Assembly: GCF_964355755.1 (NCBI RefSeq)
Contig: NC_092679.1
Location: 7,470,201 to 7,534,200, forward strand
Source of the DNA: Antedon mediterranea
Taxonomy: Eukaryota; Animalia; Echinodermata
DNA: 64,000 nucleotides
Direction: 5' to 3'
The position numbers and the translations under genes are program-made. Each line of letters opens with the position of its first letter. Position 1 is the stretch's first letter. The notes under the pieces are model-generated. The model saw only the letters and a list, made by a program, of their open reading frames with translations, did no database searches and was not told the DNA's origin. This document shows positions 38,168 to 49,808 of this stretch, piece after piece.

Positions 38168-39800
38168 AGGCTTCTGTCGGCATTCTCAATGCTCCTATTA
38201 TTCAATCTGAAATTGTTAACTCGTTACTGTCATCCATTCAGACAGACTCATAAGGCATCTGGATGTGATAATCTCAGTAACCATGTTCTTAAAGTACAGT
38301 CTGTTCTCGTCCTCTTTCTATTCCTATTTCTTTCCTTTTTAATAAATCTCTTCAAACCGGTAAATTTCCTTCCGTTTGGAAACATTCCAATATTGTTCCT
38401 ATTCATAAGGGGGGGACCAAGAAATTGATTTCTAACTATAGACCTATCTCTCTGTTGCCTACCATTTCTAAATTGTTTGAAAAATTTGTTTTTAACCATA
38501 TTTCGACTCATGTTTCTCCTGCCATTGCTTCCTGTCAGCATGGCTTTGTAGCTGGTAGGTCATGTGAAACAAACCTTCCCACCCTTTTGACCACAGTTTA
38601 CGAAGCCATTGCCGACAGGAAGCAATGTGATATTATTTACACTGACTTTTCTAAGGCGTTTGATCTTGTTCCTCATAATTTACTCTTATTAAAATTACAA
38701 CGTTTTGGTTTTCATGATGATTTTATCTCCTGGTTTCGCAGTTATCTTAATGGTAGGTTCCAGAGAGTGGTCATTGAGGGTATATCCTCTGAATGGCTTC
38801 CTATTCATTCCGGTGTCCCTCAGGGATCGATTCTTGGTCCTCTCCTTTTCAATCTCTTTGTTAATGATATCCCAAAACTCTTCACCCACTCCAGATGTCT
38901 TATGTTTGCTGATGATGTTAAGCTATACCAAATTATTGATAGTGTTGAGGATGCTGACAGGCTTCAGGTGGACTTGGACAAATTATGTTCTTGGGCAACT
39001 TTATGGGGTATGTCTCTCAATCTAGTAAAGTGCAATATATTAACTATTACTTTGAAAAAGAACATTTTATTGTATAATTATTTAATTAATGACAATCCCA
39101 TTAATAGGGTGCAATCGCAAAAAGATCTTGGTGTTTTTATTGATAGTTCCCTTTGTTTTTCTTTTCATATTGATTATCTTGTTGGCAAGTGCAATAGACT
39201 GCTTGGGCTGATGTGGCGTAATTGTAAACATTTTGACAGGCAAACCAAAATCCACCTTTATTATTCAATTATCCATCCAATTCTCAACTTTAGTTCTGTT
39301 ATTTTTAATTCTATTTCGAAAACTCAGTCTACGCGCATTCAGCGTCTGCATAACCGTTTTTTACGCTACATCAGCCACAACCAGAATCCAGACTTTCATT
39401 TCCATGTCCGATCTCCTGAGTCCCGTAGAACCTTTTTTGATCTTGTTTTTTTGTATAAATGTATTAATTCTTTATTTGACTGTAACCTAGTTAGTAATTT
39501 TTACCTTAGAGTCCCTAGTCGTCGTCTTAGAAGAAATACTACTTTTCATATTCCTTTAGTAGAGATAATGTTTTAAAAAATGGTTTTATTAGTAAATTAA
39601 GTCAAACTTATAATTCTTTTACTTTAAGAAACCCTGAGTTAGATATCTTTAGTAATAATTTCCGTAAGTTTCGTAACATTGTTAGTAGTTTAGTTTAATG
39701 TTTTTTATTGTATATATTCGTGTTTGTCTGTGTTCCCTCCTGTAAGTGGTGAACCATGAGCTCACTGTTGGTTGGGAAATGAATAAATAAAAATAAAATA
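38168..39800 (+). mobile_element. 5'-truncated non-LTR retrotransposon (CR1/L2/Jockey group); reverse transcriptase ORF 38425..39576
   Basis: NYRPISLLPTISKLFEK, QHGF, DFSKAFDLVPH, GVPQGSILGPLLFNLFVND, MFADDVKL, KDLGVFID; frameshifts at both ends; (aataa)n tail. Confidence 0.93.
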
Positions 39801-41094
39801 AAGAGAGATATTTGGAGGGTTGGAAATGTCAGGCCTAGGCAAGTGGACCTTAAATCATAAACAAAAGTGTATGGCATTCATTTTTCCATTAAATAGACAC
39901 CATAACACCCCGAATGATCCTCATTTTTTAGTACTCTTGGGTACGGTGGCTTCTTTTCAACGGATAAGCTTCTTTTCCACATGGGGTTCTTTTCAAGATT
40001 ACTTTTGTAAACTAAAGGGGTGGTGGGGGGGGGGGGGGAGTTTCTAGATTCCCGCCCGGAAAATAAACAAGATCAAAATTTAACTTTTAAATTTAATTTT
40101 GTGGCGTGTTCACCGCGTAGGACTAACAATACCATCTTCCCCATTACACCTGCACAAACTCATTTGCATAACAACGCAGGGCTTACCAAACTGTTTAAAA
40201 TAGCTACAAGGTCCCCAGAAATGACACCTATAGTATTTTGAAACATGATATATAAGAGTCTTCACTACCCCACCATGATTGGGGCTGAGCAAAGACAATT
40301 TTGAAAAAAATATTTATTGAAATATGAAATTAAATATTAAGTCTCCAGTTAAGCTCACCATGGTTGGGGCAGAGCTAAGAATGAAAGCTTATTCCTCGGA
40401 AATTATGAAACGAAATATATAAGTTTTCAGGACCAATGATTGTTTCCCAAGTGTGAGACATGCAATGCACGCGGCCGTTGACGGTAATTCAACAAAACAA
40501 AATTATGAAATACAAACAGAGCTAGCACACAAAAGCCTACTTACTAATTTTAATATTTCTATAATTTAGAAAACAATTACAATTATCACCTTTGATAATT
40601 ATAATGTTAAATTTCAACTATCCAGATGCGAATTTTAGGTTGGGTTTTAAAAAACTTGACTTCATATGCTTCAATTTCGAAGATCTGCTTAAAACATATT
40701 TATTTATTTATTCTACCATAAACTTTTATTCACAACATAATATTAGTAGGCCTACAATACAATATCTTGCATGAAACGGATATTTAAAAATACACTATAA
40801 TGTGTAACGGTAGAATTATAATTATAATGTAAAAGGTTAACAAAATAAAAATTGAACAGTGTTGTGTGTTGATCGCGAATGACTAACAATACCATCTTTC
40901 CCACAACACATGTGCACACTCATTTGGATAACAAACGGCATACCAACTACGATGAGATAAAATTAATTCTCTTCTAAATACGTAACGAAAAGAATTAATT
41001 CCCTTTCTTTTTACATTAAAATAAATTGAGGGTGCTAAACATAAAATTTAAACCATCAAAGCAGTTGGCGAGAGACGAAAAAAAAGATGGTAAA

Positions 41095-41336
41095 TGTGCT
41101 CTCCCTGCCTCAGCACTAAGGCCCTGCCACAGCCTTGTGGGGTTGTTTCCACCACATCACCAGATGCATTGATGTTGTCGCCTCATGATGTGTGGTGGAA
41201 AGGGGGACGTATGATCTGTGAACCCCAAACACAGTGGCTCGCATAGCCTTAACTCTATTCCACCGACCATCGTGGGAATCGAACCCACGACATACGTGTG
41301 TTAACACGATGCTCAGACGACTGAGCTAACTGATCA
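41095..41336 (-). mobile_element. SINE-like unit with tRNA-Ile-like head, copy 2
   Basis: Minus strand GATCAGTTAGCTCAGTCGTCTGAGCATCGTG...GTGGGTTCGATTCCCACGATGGTC; homologous to 37725-37968. Confidence 0.65.
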
Positions 41337-42425
41337 TTTTGGTTTTAGCAAGGTTAATAGGATATTAATGACGTAATGATGAATTACATAATACACGTAT
41401 AAATAGACTATTATCAGCTTTTCAGTCATGTACTTGGTGGCGTAACAGGTAATGCTCAGTTTTGAGTGCTATCGCTGGGGTTCGAACCTCGACGGATATT
41501 TCTTTTTTATATTGGTTTTTTTTAAAGAGAGATATGTGACACTGTATTGTCGAACATGTATGGTACCATACCGGTAGGTATTCAATTATGCTTATTCATC
41601 AATTCTCATCTTTTATTATCTCGTAAAAACTTTTATTACAATTCCTTGAAAGTCATTCTAAGAAATAATACATCACCTGAAACCTGTAATAATTGTATAA
41701 TATAAAATATTACACATTTTCTGTATGTAGTAGGTTTAAAAGCGTATACACACATTCTCACGTGTATGTCATTGCATACACATTGTGATGACAGCCTGGT
41801 TATAAAGACGTGTCACAGGACAAACACAGTAAAATATTCACAAACCAATCCGATCGGCCTACACACTTGTTAATGTGTATAAACGCACACCGTCACTGCG
41901 TACGTATACGCCTATGAATGACAGCCTCGTTATGAAGACGTGTCGCAAGACGTTTGTCATGTGACACAAACATTCCACCAATCAACTTACGGATATCCAT
42001 ATTCTATTGGCCTACATAGTTAATGTCCGTACCTTTTAAACGAACGCGGACAATGCGCACACATTATAATGACCGCCTCGTTATGATGACGTGTCACATG
42101 ATTACACGTAATAAATATTCACATTCCACCAATCAACTTACGCCTACCACAGCCTTGTGTATAGGCGTTTGTGGCTGGTCTAAAACGCTCTTTTCCCCAT
42201 TGGGTACCGTAGCCAAAGAAAGAGCACCAATACTATATACATCATTTGGCTACAGTCATTGTACACAATTAGTGAATAAAAAACATAATATAATATGGTG
42301 GGTTAATATATAATAAAACCAGACCAATTAATATGAAAGAACACATTTACAAATAAATGCATCATATTACATATACCGTTCACAATCGAATCTAAAGATT
42401 GAAGTTAAAGTACTGTATTATTTAA

Positions 42426-42648
42426 AGATATATTGTCTCCCTGAAAACAAAATTTTTTTTTAATACTCGAAAAAAAAAAATTTAACATTTAAAGCAAAAA
42501 TAGTCAAATTGGTTGCCAGGATTTGGTTGAATTTAACCGTTTATTTTGTCTTTTTATAAGTGAAAACATTGTTTTGGAGTTTTTCTTTCTACGGAAAGTT
42601 TGATTTTAGTAATTTTCATTGTTCATGTTTTTATGGGAAAATACATCT
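42426..42648. mobile_element. TTAA-flanked MITE with AG...CT ends (Kolobok-like)
   Basis: ttaa agatatattgtctccc ... gggaaaatacatct ttaa. Confidence 0.55.
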
Positions 42649-43132
42649 TTAAAGTATAATTTCATATTATTTAATAAGCGCTATATTATTTTCTAAAATA
42701 TAGTCAACATAATGTGTATGCATTTATACGTCATATATTATTTTTTTATAAAATATATTTGTATATATAAGAGGCAAATACCAAAACCATGATTCAATCT
42801 ATTTCACTTTTTTTTTTTATTACCGAAAGAAAAATTATAAATCATATTTTGTAATGATTCTTTTATATAGTACCATATTGAAATCAGTATTGTTTGTAGT
42901 ACTAAATGTTTATACATGTGCAGTATGATAATACTACATCCATCCTGAATAAGTAAAATGGAGGCGATTTAAAAAAAACCACCAACAAAATAGTTATATA
43001 TACTATGTTTAGAATATACGACTACGGTTTCAGCCATCGGCTGTTTGTGTCATTTGACTGATACCGAAATATACCATCATCTTTGATCGGATTAAAAAGC
43101 GCAAAATAAAATAGTTTCAACAATCACACTTA

Positions 43133-43338
43133 AGGATCATGTCGGAATTATTCAACTGCAGTTATTGCAGTAACTACATTTTGTTTACTGCAGTAATGCA
43201 TGCTTTCAGTTTGTTTCAATGTTGGTTTATGTTTAGGTTAAAAGTTTTTTAACAATGTGTATGATTAACCAAACAAATTATTGGATAAAAGTGTAGTTAC
43301 TGCAGTATTTGCAGTATAATAATTTTGACATGGTTCCT
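43133..43338. mobile_element. PIF/Harbinger-type MITE
   Basis: tta aggatcatgtcggaattatt ... aataattttgacatggttcct tta; internal tgcagtaactaca / tgtagttactgca also inverted. Confidence 0.7.
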
Positions 43339-45067
43339 TTACTCTGCACTACATTTTTTCTATACAATTATAAATTACAGAAGAAATTAATAAACATTAA
43401 ATATTAGGTAATTATTATTTAAATCTATAACTGTATGATAACTATACAATAATTTGATATCATTTATCTAATTAATTAGCATTTTGCACATTTTTTACAA
43501 TAACGTAACATGGTTTTCCTGTAAGTTTATATCATAGCGTTTTTATACAGCATGTTTTAAACCACTGTGAACATAATTTTCGCTTGTACTTGACAGAATA
43601 AAGAATATTTACAACAAATACAATCAATGCATTACGGATGGAGTAACCGATATTGAACATTATATACCAATTTTGAAATATTTTTGAATTCCAGAAGTAT
43701 TTTTTTGACTATTTCCCTATGCTCCCATTGGTCCCAAATTGGGTCCACTTGAGCAAAGTGTATTAAAATACGAAAAGATATTAAAATTCAGTGACTTATT
43801 TCTATTTTATATCACTGTGCTCCACTGGCTCCAAGTTGGGTCTACTTGAGCACAGTGTATTAACATACGAAAAGATATTAAAATGAGTGATTTATTTCTA
43901 TTTTATATCACTGTGGTCCACTGGCGCTAAATTTGGTCCACTGAACCAGTTACCGCGCAGTACTATTTCTATTTCGGAAGTAAATAAAGGCATAAATGGC
44001 GCTCCGTAGAAGTAGAGAATGCTCGGTTGTCGAAATGGCGCTCTGAATATACCTCAATGTGGCCGCGATGGGAATGCCTGGTTGTTTTTCGATAGAGGGC
44101 GCAACATCTTTTAACATAATCATCATCATAATTCATATATATTTATGGTGATGAAGATTAAAAACATGAAAAATGAAGATTAATAAATTAGAATTTAAAT
44201 AGGCCATTTTGCAGTTTTAATAAAGTTATTCTGTTGTGTTAAAAAAAAACTAATAATTTCATTTATAAAAGAAAAAAAGAAACGTTTAATTATTGTCGTC
44301 GTCGGCAATATCTAAACACAATAGAAAACACATTTTAAGCTCTGTAATCAATATTTATTTTCAAACACACTGTATTGACTTGATTTCTTAGGAAATATTA
44401 AAATACTTAAAATATAAATAATGATAATACAGTATTACTATTGGATTATATTCAACCATTGCAATAGAAATATATAATGTAAAACTATGAGTGCAAAAAC
44501 AGTTAGTTCTATAACTAATCCATTAATATTAATTAAATAACAATTAACATCCTGATCAATAAAATTTAAATAACCCATCTATGTTTAGGTATTGTATTGT
44601 TTGTTAATAAGGAGTTGATATGGAGCTTTTGAAACAGGTGACGCGGCAATGTATGATGCGCAACCGAGCATGCAATTTACAGTGTGCATAGAGATACGAG
44701 AAAACTTCTGCGGACCAAAATGCAACACAATTTGCCATTGCCTCCCTCCAGACAATGCGGGTCTGTCTGTGACTTGCGCATCTTGTCTAACCATGTTGCT
44801 ATTTCGAAAGCTCTCCATTAAAATTCAACATTTTTTGCCACATTTGAGTGCCATAGTTTGACAGTTGACGTACTGTAGACGTCTACATTAGCAATCTTTA
44901 GTTTGCCAACTTGAGCGAACTCATCGTTTGCAAACAAAAGGTTTGCTAAAAGACTAGACTAGGCTATGTAATGAAGGAATAGAAATTATTTTTATTTAAT
45001 ATAGTTTGAATAAAAAGTACTTTAACTTGATTAAAGAATCAATAAGAAAAACCAGCAATTTAACTTA

Positions 45068-45217
45068 AGCTCCGTCTACACTATCAAACTAGTTTGACAA
45101 AAAAAGTGTGATGTGCCCAAATATGGTAGTGATATGCCCAAATATTGTAGTGATATGACATCATCGTGTCCATATATGGGTACATCACATTTTTTTGCAC
45201 ATAAAATAGTGTAGACA
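45068..45217. mobile_element. MITE of the tctacactat family (PIF/Harbinger-like)
   Basis: gtctacactat ... atagtgtagac inverted ends; related copies at 29722 and 49897. Confidence 0.7.
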
Positions 45218-48200
45218 ATTGCTTTACTTTAAACTAAACACATTACATTAATATGTCTTCTTAATATGTCATAGGAGAAAAAATGAATTGCTTAACATTT
45301 TTACAGTAACAGTATAACAAATTCAAAGATTAAAGATAGATTATTAGGAGTAGTATAAATTATTGTGAAAACCATCTCAATATGGATTTTTCCTGTCATA
45401 AGCAATACCCTATACAACCTATATGACACTATGGCTTGTCACTGATAAGAAATGATGAATGTAATTATAATAATATAATTAAAGCTGGTAGGTTAAAAAC
45501 ATTTAAGTAAGCTCCCTACCTCAATATCAATACATTTTAATGAATTTAATTTAATAGAATAATCTAGAAAATTGTGTATTTAACAACTAATTTTGAGATG
45601 CTTAGCTGTAACCTAGATGCACAGAGCCCCTCTGTCATGGAATGAATGTTCTTTATAAGGACATGTGTGAACACTTTGTGGAAAAGAAGGTGATTCCAGT
45701 CAACCAGTGTGCTCTAAAAGGAAAAACCTACATCCAACGACTACGTGTATTACTATATATAACAGTGCAGTTATTATATACAATAATCACAACAGATAGA
45801 CAAGAGACTTTTTATTAACACCAAGTACATTCGGCTATTAGCAAATTGTACAAAATATCAATGCGCATGTTTACAAGTTTTCTGTGAGTGTTGTGAGTGT
45901 ATTGTGAATCCTTATCACATTGCCCAGCTAGTGCACACCATATGAAAACACCTGTGTATGGATGCTGTATGTATAAACGCTGGAGTTTTGCTAATACAAT
46001 GAAAGGAGTATGGAGTCTGTTGTACTGTAGTGTGTGTTAAGAATGTCTTCTGTTTAGAGCTTGATGTTTTTATGTACATATGATAGGATATGGAAGGAAT
46101 TTCTTTATCAAGGTTTATAGTTAATACTAATCTATATTTCAGAATGTTCCTACAAACTACCACATATATATATATTTCAAAACCATTTAAGCAGCTTCTA
46201 CACCACCTTTGCTTGCTATTTACATGTAAAACATAGTAAAGTTGAAGAATGACATTAATGACTAAATACATCAACTACCAATTAACATACAATGTTGTTT
46301 GTCATTATAATTATGAACATTATGAACAATATTTACAGAATGTTATTCAACAGTTACAAATGTAAATTCAGTTTTAGATATACCAGTCAGCAGTAATATA
46401 TATTTAATATGCATGATGTCTTAATGAATATTCATAAACTTTGATAATTCATGCATGATTTATCAACTACAAATTTTAAATAATTTTTACATTTTTCAAA
46501 CTTTAAAACCTGTATAAAGCTATAGTGTGCAATAAAACTAGAAATGTGATGGACTGCTGTACAAGTGCTTTTCTATATACTATAATATACTGTATAATAT
46601 TCTTAGCATTTAGTTTTTAAACAAGGATTATTATTTTAAATTGCAATTAAAATAAATGCAAAAATTACAAAAATTGCAATATTCTTTATACCAAAGTGCA
46701 TATCACATATAAACATATAAAATAGTAAGTTTACAATTATTAGTAATCTGAATTCAAAGTAAACCTGCAGTAGGTACCTCATTACTGCAGTAAACTATGT
46801 AAATTATGGCATCACTAAAAAAGGGCAAATCACACAATCATCGGAGTTGTTCTTAATCTAATTTGGCAGATGAGTTAAGACTTACATGTATTGCGACATA
46901 ATCTAGTGGAATTAATATTGACTTATTAATACATTGGATTACAGTTTATATAACTAACATACAAACTGCGTGCCATACACAAACATTGCGTGCCATACAA
47001 AAATGAGATTATCATCAATATACTTTGATTTGATTATAGTTTTATATAACAAAGTAACGCAAAAAGTGTGTGCCATACACAAACATTGCGCGCCATACAC
47101 AAATTGAATTACTATCCCAGATATGTTCATTTGTAATTCATTTAATTATTTAATTTGTTTAATTCAAGGCCACCAAACTTGCTAAGACTTTTCACAAAGA
47201 TTGCTATTATTAAAACATTTTAATATTTAATAGAGAGAAATTATAGAGCTCCTATACACAAGTTGTATATACCTAGCCTGGAGTATAAACACACCACAGC
47301 ACACCATACAAAAGAGTATTGACGGCCTAGTGTGTTGAAACTTCCGAGATTTTCTAGGCAATGTGAAAGGAATAATTTTGTATAAAAATGTTTATATAAC
47401 AATTTATAATTATATAGCAAAGCTCAGTTATTTTTCTATGAAGCAAATATTAACCTTTTATAATATGAAAAATCTCAGTTAACATGTTAAAAGGTCATCT
47501 TACTTGAAATACAATGTACGTCGTTTAAAAATTATATTGCAGATACCCAAGGAAAATAGTAAATTTTGTCATATTTTACTAGAGAGCGCACCATGGACGC
47601 CAGATATTGAGCTCATGAATATTCAGATGATGATTTGCATTTATTGGGGATTCTAACACAGGACCACCGCTGAATACAATCGCATCCCATTAGGTTTGTC
47701 TAGATGAGCTAAACATGTTTTAAAAACAACTCCTAACCAAAAATGACAATGAAACAAATCTATGGACTTTACTATTTCAACGGTATTATATATATTTTCA
47801 TTCATTCATTAATCATGGCACACACATAAAGCCTTTAAGGAATAATTTAAACATTTCTTTTATTATTGTAACTTTAAATCTAACATCCTTGTATCAAGGC
47901 TAAAACAGTCTATGAGAGGAAATCATCATATCTGAAATTATTGCTGTAAGGAATGTATTTTATCATACAATTGGTTTTTAAAGTTAATATCCATTATCAA
48001 GGTATATGAATTACATAAAGGTAAACAAATAAGGTAAAATGCATACAAAATCACAAATGATTACAAAATGAAATTGCATAAATGCTATATGGTCAATATT
48101 TGGGTAAAAGCATATACAAAAAGCATTATATAAACTGTATGAATAATTTACAATAGCTTCCATGCTAAATATGTATGTGAACAGAGTTAATACATAGTAT

Positions 48201-48584
48201 AAATAAAGGTCTGTTCACATTCGATTCAATTTAGTATTCTTTATACAAGGTTTACAAATTTAAAAAAAATGTGTATCTTTTTTGTATCCCTACAGTATGT
48301 CATTCTTATCTGTGTGTACAGTACCTCAAATTTATCAATTTTAAACAGTTGTATTTTATTATCAGTCAACTCTCCAAATACTGGAATCTCTAAAATGCGG
48401 GAACTCTCCTAAAACCATACTTTTCTTGAGGTCCAAGGGTTCCAAATTCATTTTTACTATTAAAACACATTCCAAATACCAGAATTTCTACAATATTAAA
48501 CAGCCCGAAGGAGTGAGGTATTGGGAGAGTTGATTGTATTTTTGTTTGAATCAAGGTATTACAAATAATCAAAGTGAATATATT

Positions 48585-49808
48585 TTATACACTAGTTTGC
48601 TGGAACACTTGTTGGGGAGTAACAGACTTTGCAACATCACCAGGAGCTCTTTCTAATGCCTTCTGATTGTTAGAAGCTATCCCATCTGGTGTTCCTCTAA
48701 CCGGACTCAAAGGCGCAATTTTCTGTTTTTGTGGTTTAGTTTTTGTTACGATATCATTTTCATCATTCTTTATTGGTATTTCTTCTTGGGTACTATCTGT
48801 TATCTTATTTACTTTGTTTGTACTGTGACTAGTCTGCGACCTGCTATTCATTCTCTCCTGAATCTTCTCCTTAGGTAGGATTCCATTTTGTTTTAAAGCT
48901 TCTGAACGAGGTTTATGCGGAATGACTCTTCTTGAGGGACTTCCGGGTAAGCTTGTGCTTGATGGCACTTTCTGTGGTCGATTTGATACAGGTTCCGTTG
49001 GCAAACTTTGAACAGATGTAGCTTCAGATGATCTTGAAGCTGAGCTTTGCAAACTGGTTGATGAACTGGATCTTGACAAACCTGTCTTTTCTTCTTCAGC
49101 ATCCATAAACATATCAACCTCAGTCTTTGTTAACTTTCCATCAGATACTGGTTGTGTGATGTCCTCTTCTTGTTCTGTCACTGTCTGTGTGTCTAAAATG
49201 CTTAGTAATTCCACGCTACTTTCCACAGGCTTAGTACCATTACTGTTCACATCAACTTTTGCTTGTTCTTCAAATTCAACTAATAAATCAGCGATCAAGC
49301 TTGAATTTGTGCGTTCTTTTGCTGGTGGAGCTTTTTCAGGTGTGACCTCTGTAAGGTCAAGTAGGTTGACCTCATTAGGCTCAACTGGTTTGTTTTTTGA
49401 GATACTCTCTCCGCATTTCTGACAAAGAAGTGAACTCCTATATGGTTGATATGTCTGGGTTCCCTTATCGTGTATTTCTCCTGATGCCATCTCAATTTTT
49501 GATCTACGCATTTTTGGAAACAATTTTTCCATCTCTTTCTTCTCTTCCTCATCTCGTCGCTGCATAGCTTTGGCTATGATGATCGCCGGTACAGAGTCAT
49601 ACACACGTCCGGCTAAAAATCCATTAGAAAGGCCTGAATCACTATTTAAAAGTGGTTGGTTATTTTCATTGCTGACTGTTATGTAGCCTGGGTTGCCTGA
49701 GGTTGATGTCGGACTTTGGTTAGATGAAGAATTTAAAGCAGATTTGTCTCCTGATTTTGCCATCTCGCCCATTATCTTATGGACATGATATTGGACATCG
49801 TGAGGTAA
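48585..49808 (-). CDS. TJAP1: TJAP1/BEGAIN-like long terminal exon 6
   Basis: ttttccag|LPHDVQYHVHKIMGEM..., continuous with ORF 48585..49772; S/T/P-rich low-complexity tail ending QQTSV*. Confidence 0.9.
   Translation of the reverse strand, partial: LPHDVQYHVHKIMGEMAKSGDKSALNSSSNQSPTSTSGNPGYITVSNENNQPLLNSDSGLSNGFLAGRVYDSVPAIIIAKAMQRRDEEEKKEMEKLFPKMRRSKIEMASGEIHDKGTQTYQPYRSSLLCQKCGESISKNKPVEPNEVNLLDLTEVTPEKAPPAKERTNSSLIADLLVEFEEQAKVDVNSNGTKPVESSVELLSILDTQTVTEQEEDITQPVSDGKLTKTEVDMFMDAEEEKTGLSRSSSSTSLQSSASRSSEATSVQSLPTEPVSNRPQKVPSSTSLPGSPSRRVIPHKPRSEALKQNGILPKEKIQERMNSRSQTSHSTNKVNKITDSTQEEIPIKNDENDIVTKTKPQKQKIAPLSPVRGTPDGIASNNQKALERAPGDVAKSVTPQQVFQQTSV

Larger units (their letters stand above)
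36447..41530. repeat. Two diverged ~1.7-kb tandem units (36447-38167 and 39801-41525) separated by a LINE
   Basis: Collinear matches, e.g. 36470-37090 with 39820-40375, 37505-38165 with 40860-41520; junction motif ttttttaa|agagagatat is split by the LINE. Confidence 0.85.
35346..44055. mobile_element. 8.7-kb non-autonomous foldback-like DNA transposon with long modular TIRs and 7-bp TSD AATGTGG
   Basis: Outer 17 nt are a perfect inverted repeat (gaggtatattcagagcg / cgctctgaatatacctc). Similarity continues several hundred bp through ~97-bp subrepeats (35346-35540 plus 36233-36400 versus 43720-44055). AATGTGG at 35339-35345 and 44056-44062. No transposase ORF seen. Confidence 0.88.

Noticed and set aside
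38425-39576. 383-aa reverse transcriptase as a host gene, retron or the transposase of the 8.7-kb element
   Set aside because: Motifs are those of a non-LTR ORF2; it is 5'-truncated, lacks the endonuclease, is frameshifted and has an A-rich tail, so it is a nested passenger
44585-44861. Overlapping 77-aa and 70-aa ORFs in a GC-richer patch
   Set aside because: No recognisable domain or splice partners; more likely a transposon interior, unresolved without a search
48893-49552. Alternative-frame and antisense ORFs within the TJAP1-like last exon
   Set aside because: Shadow ORFs of the real 408-codon exon
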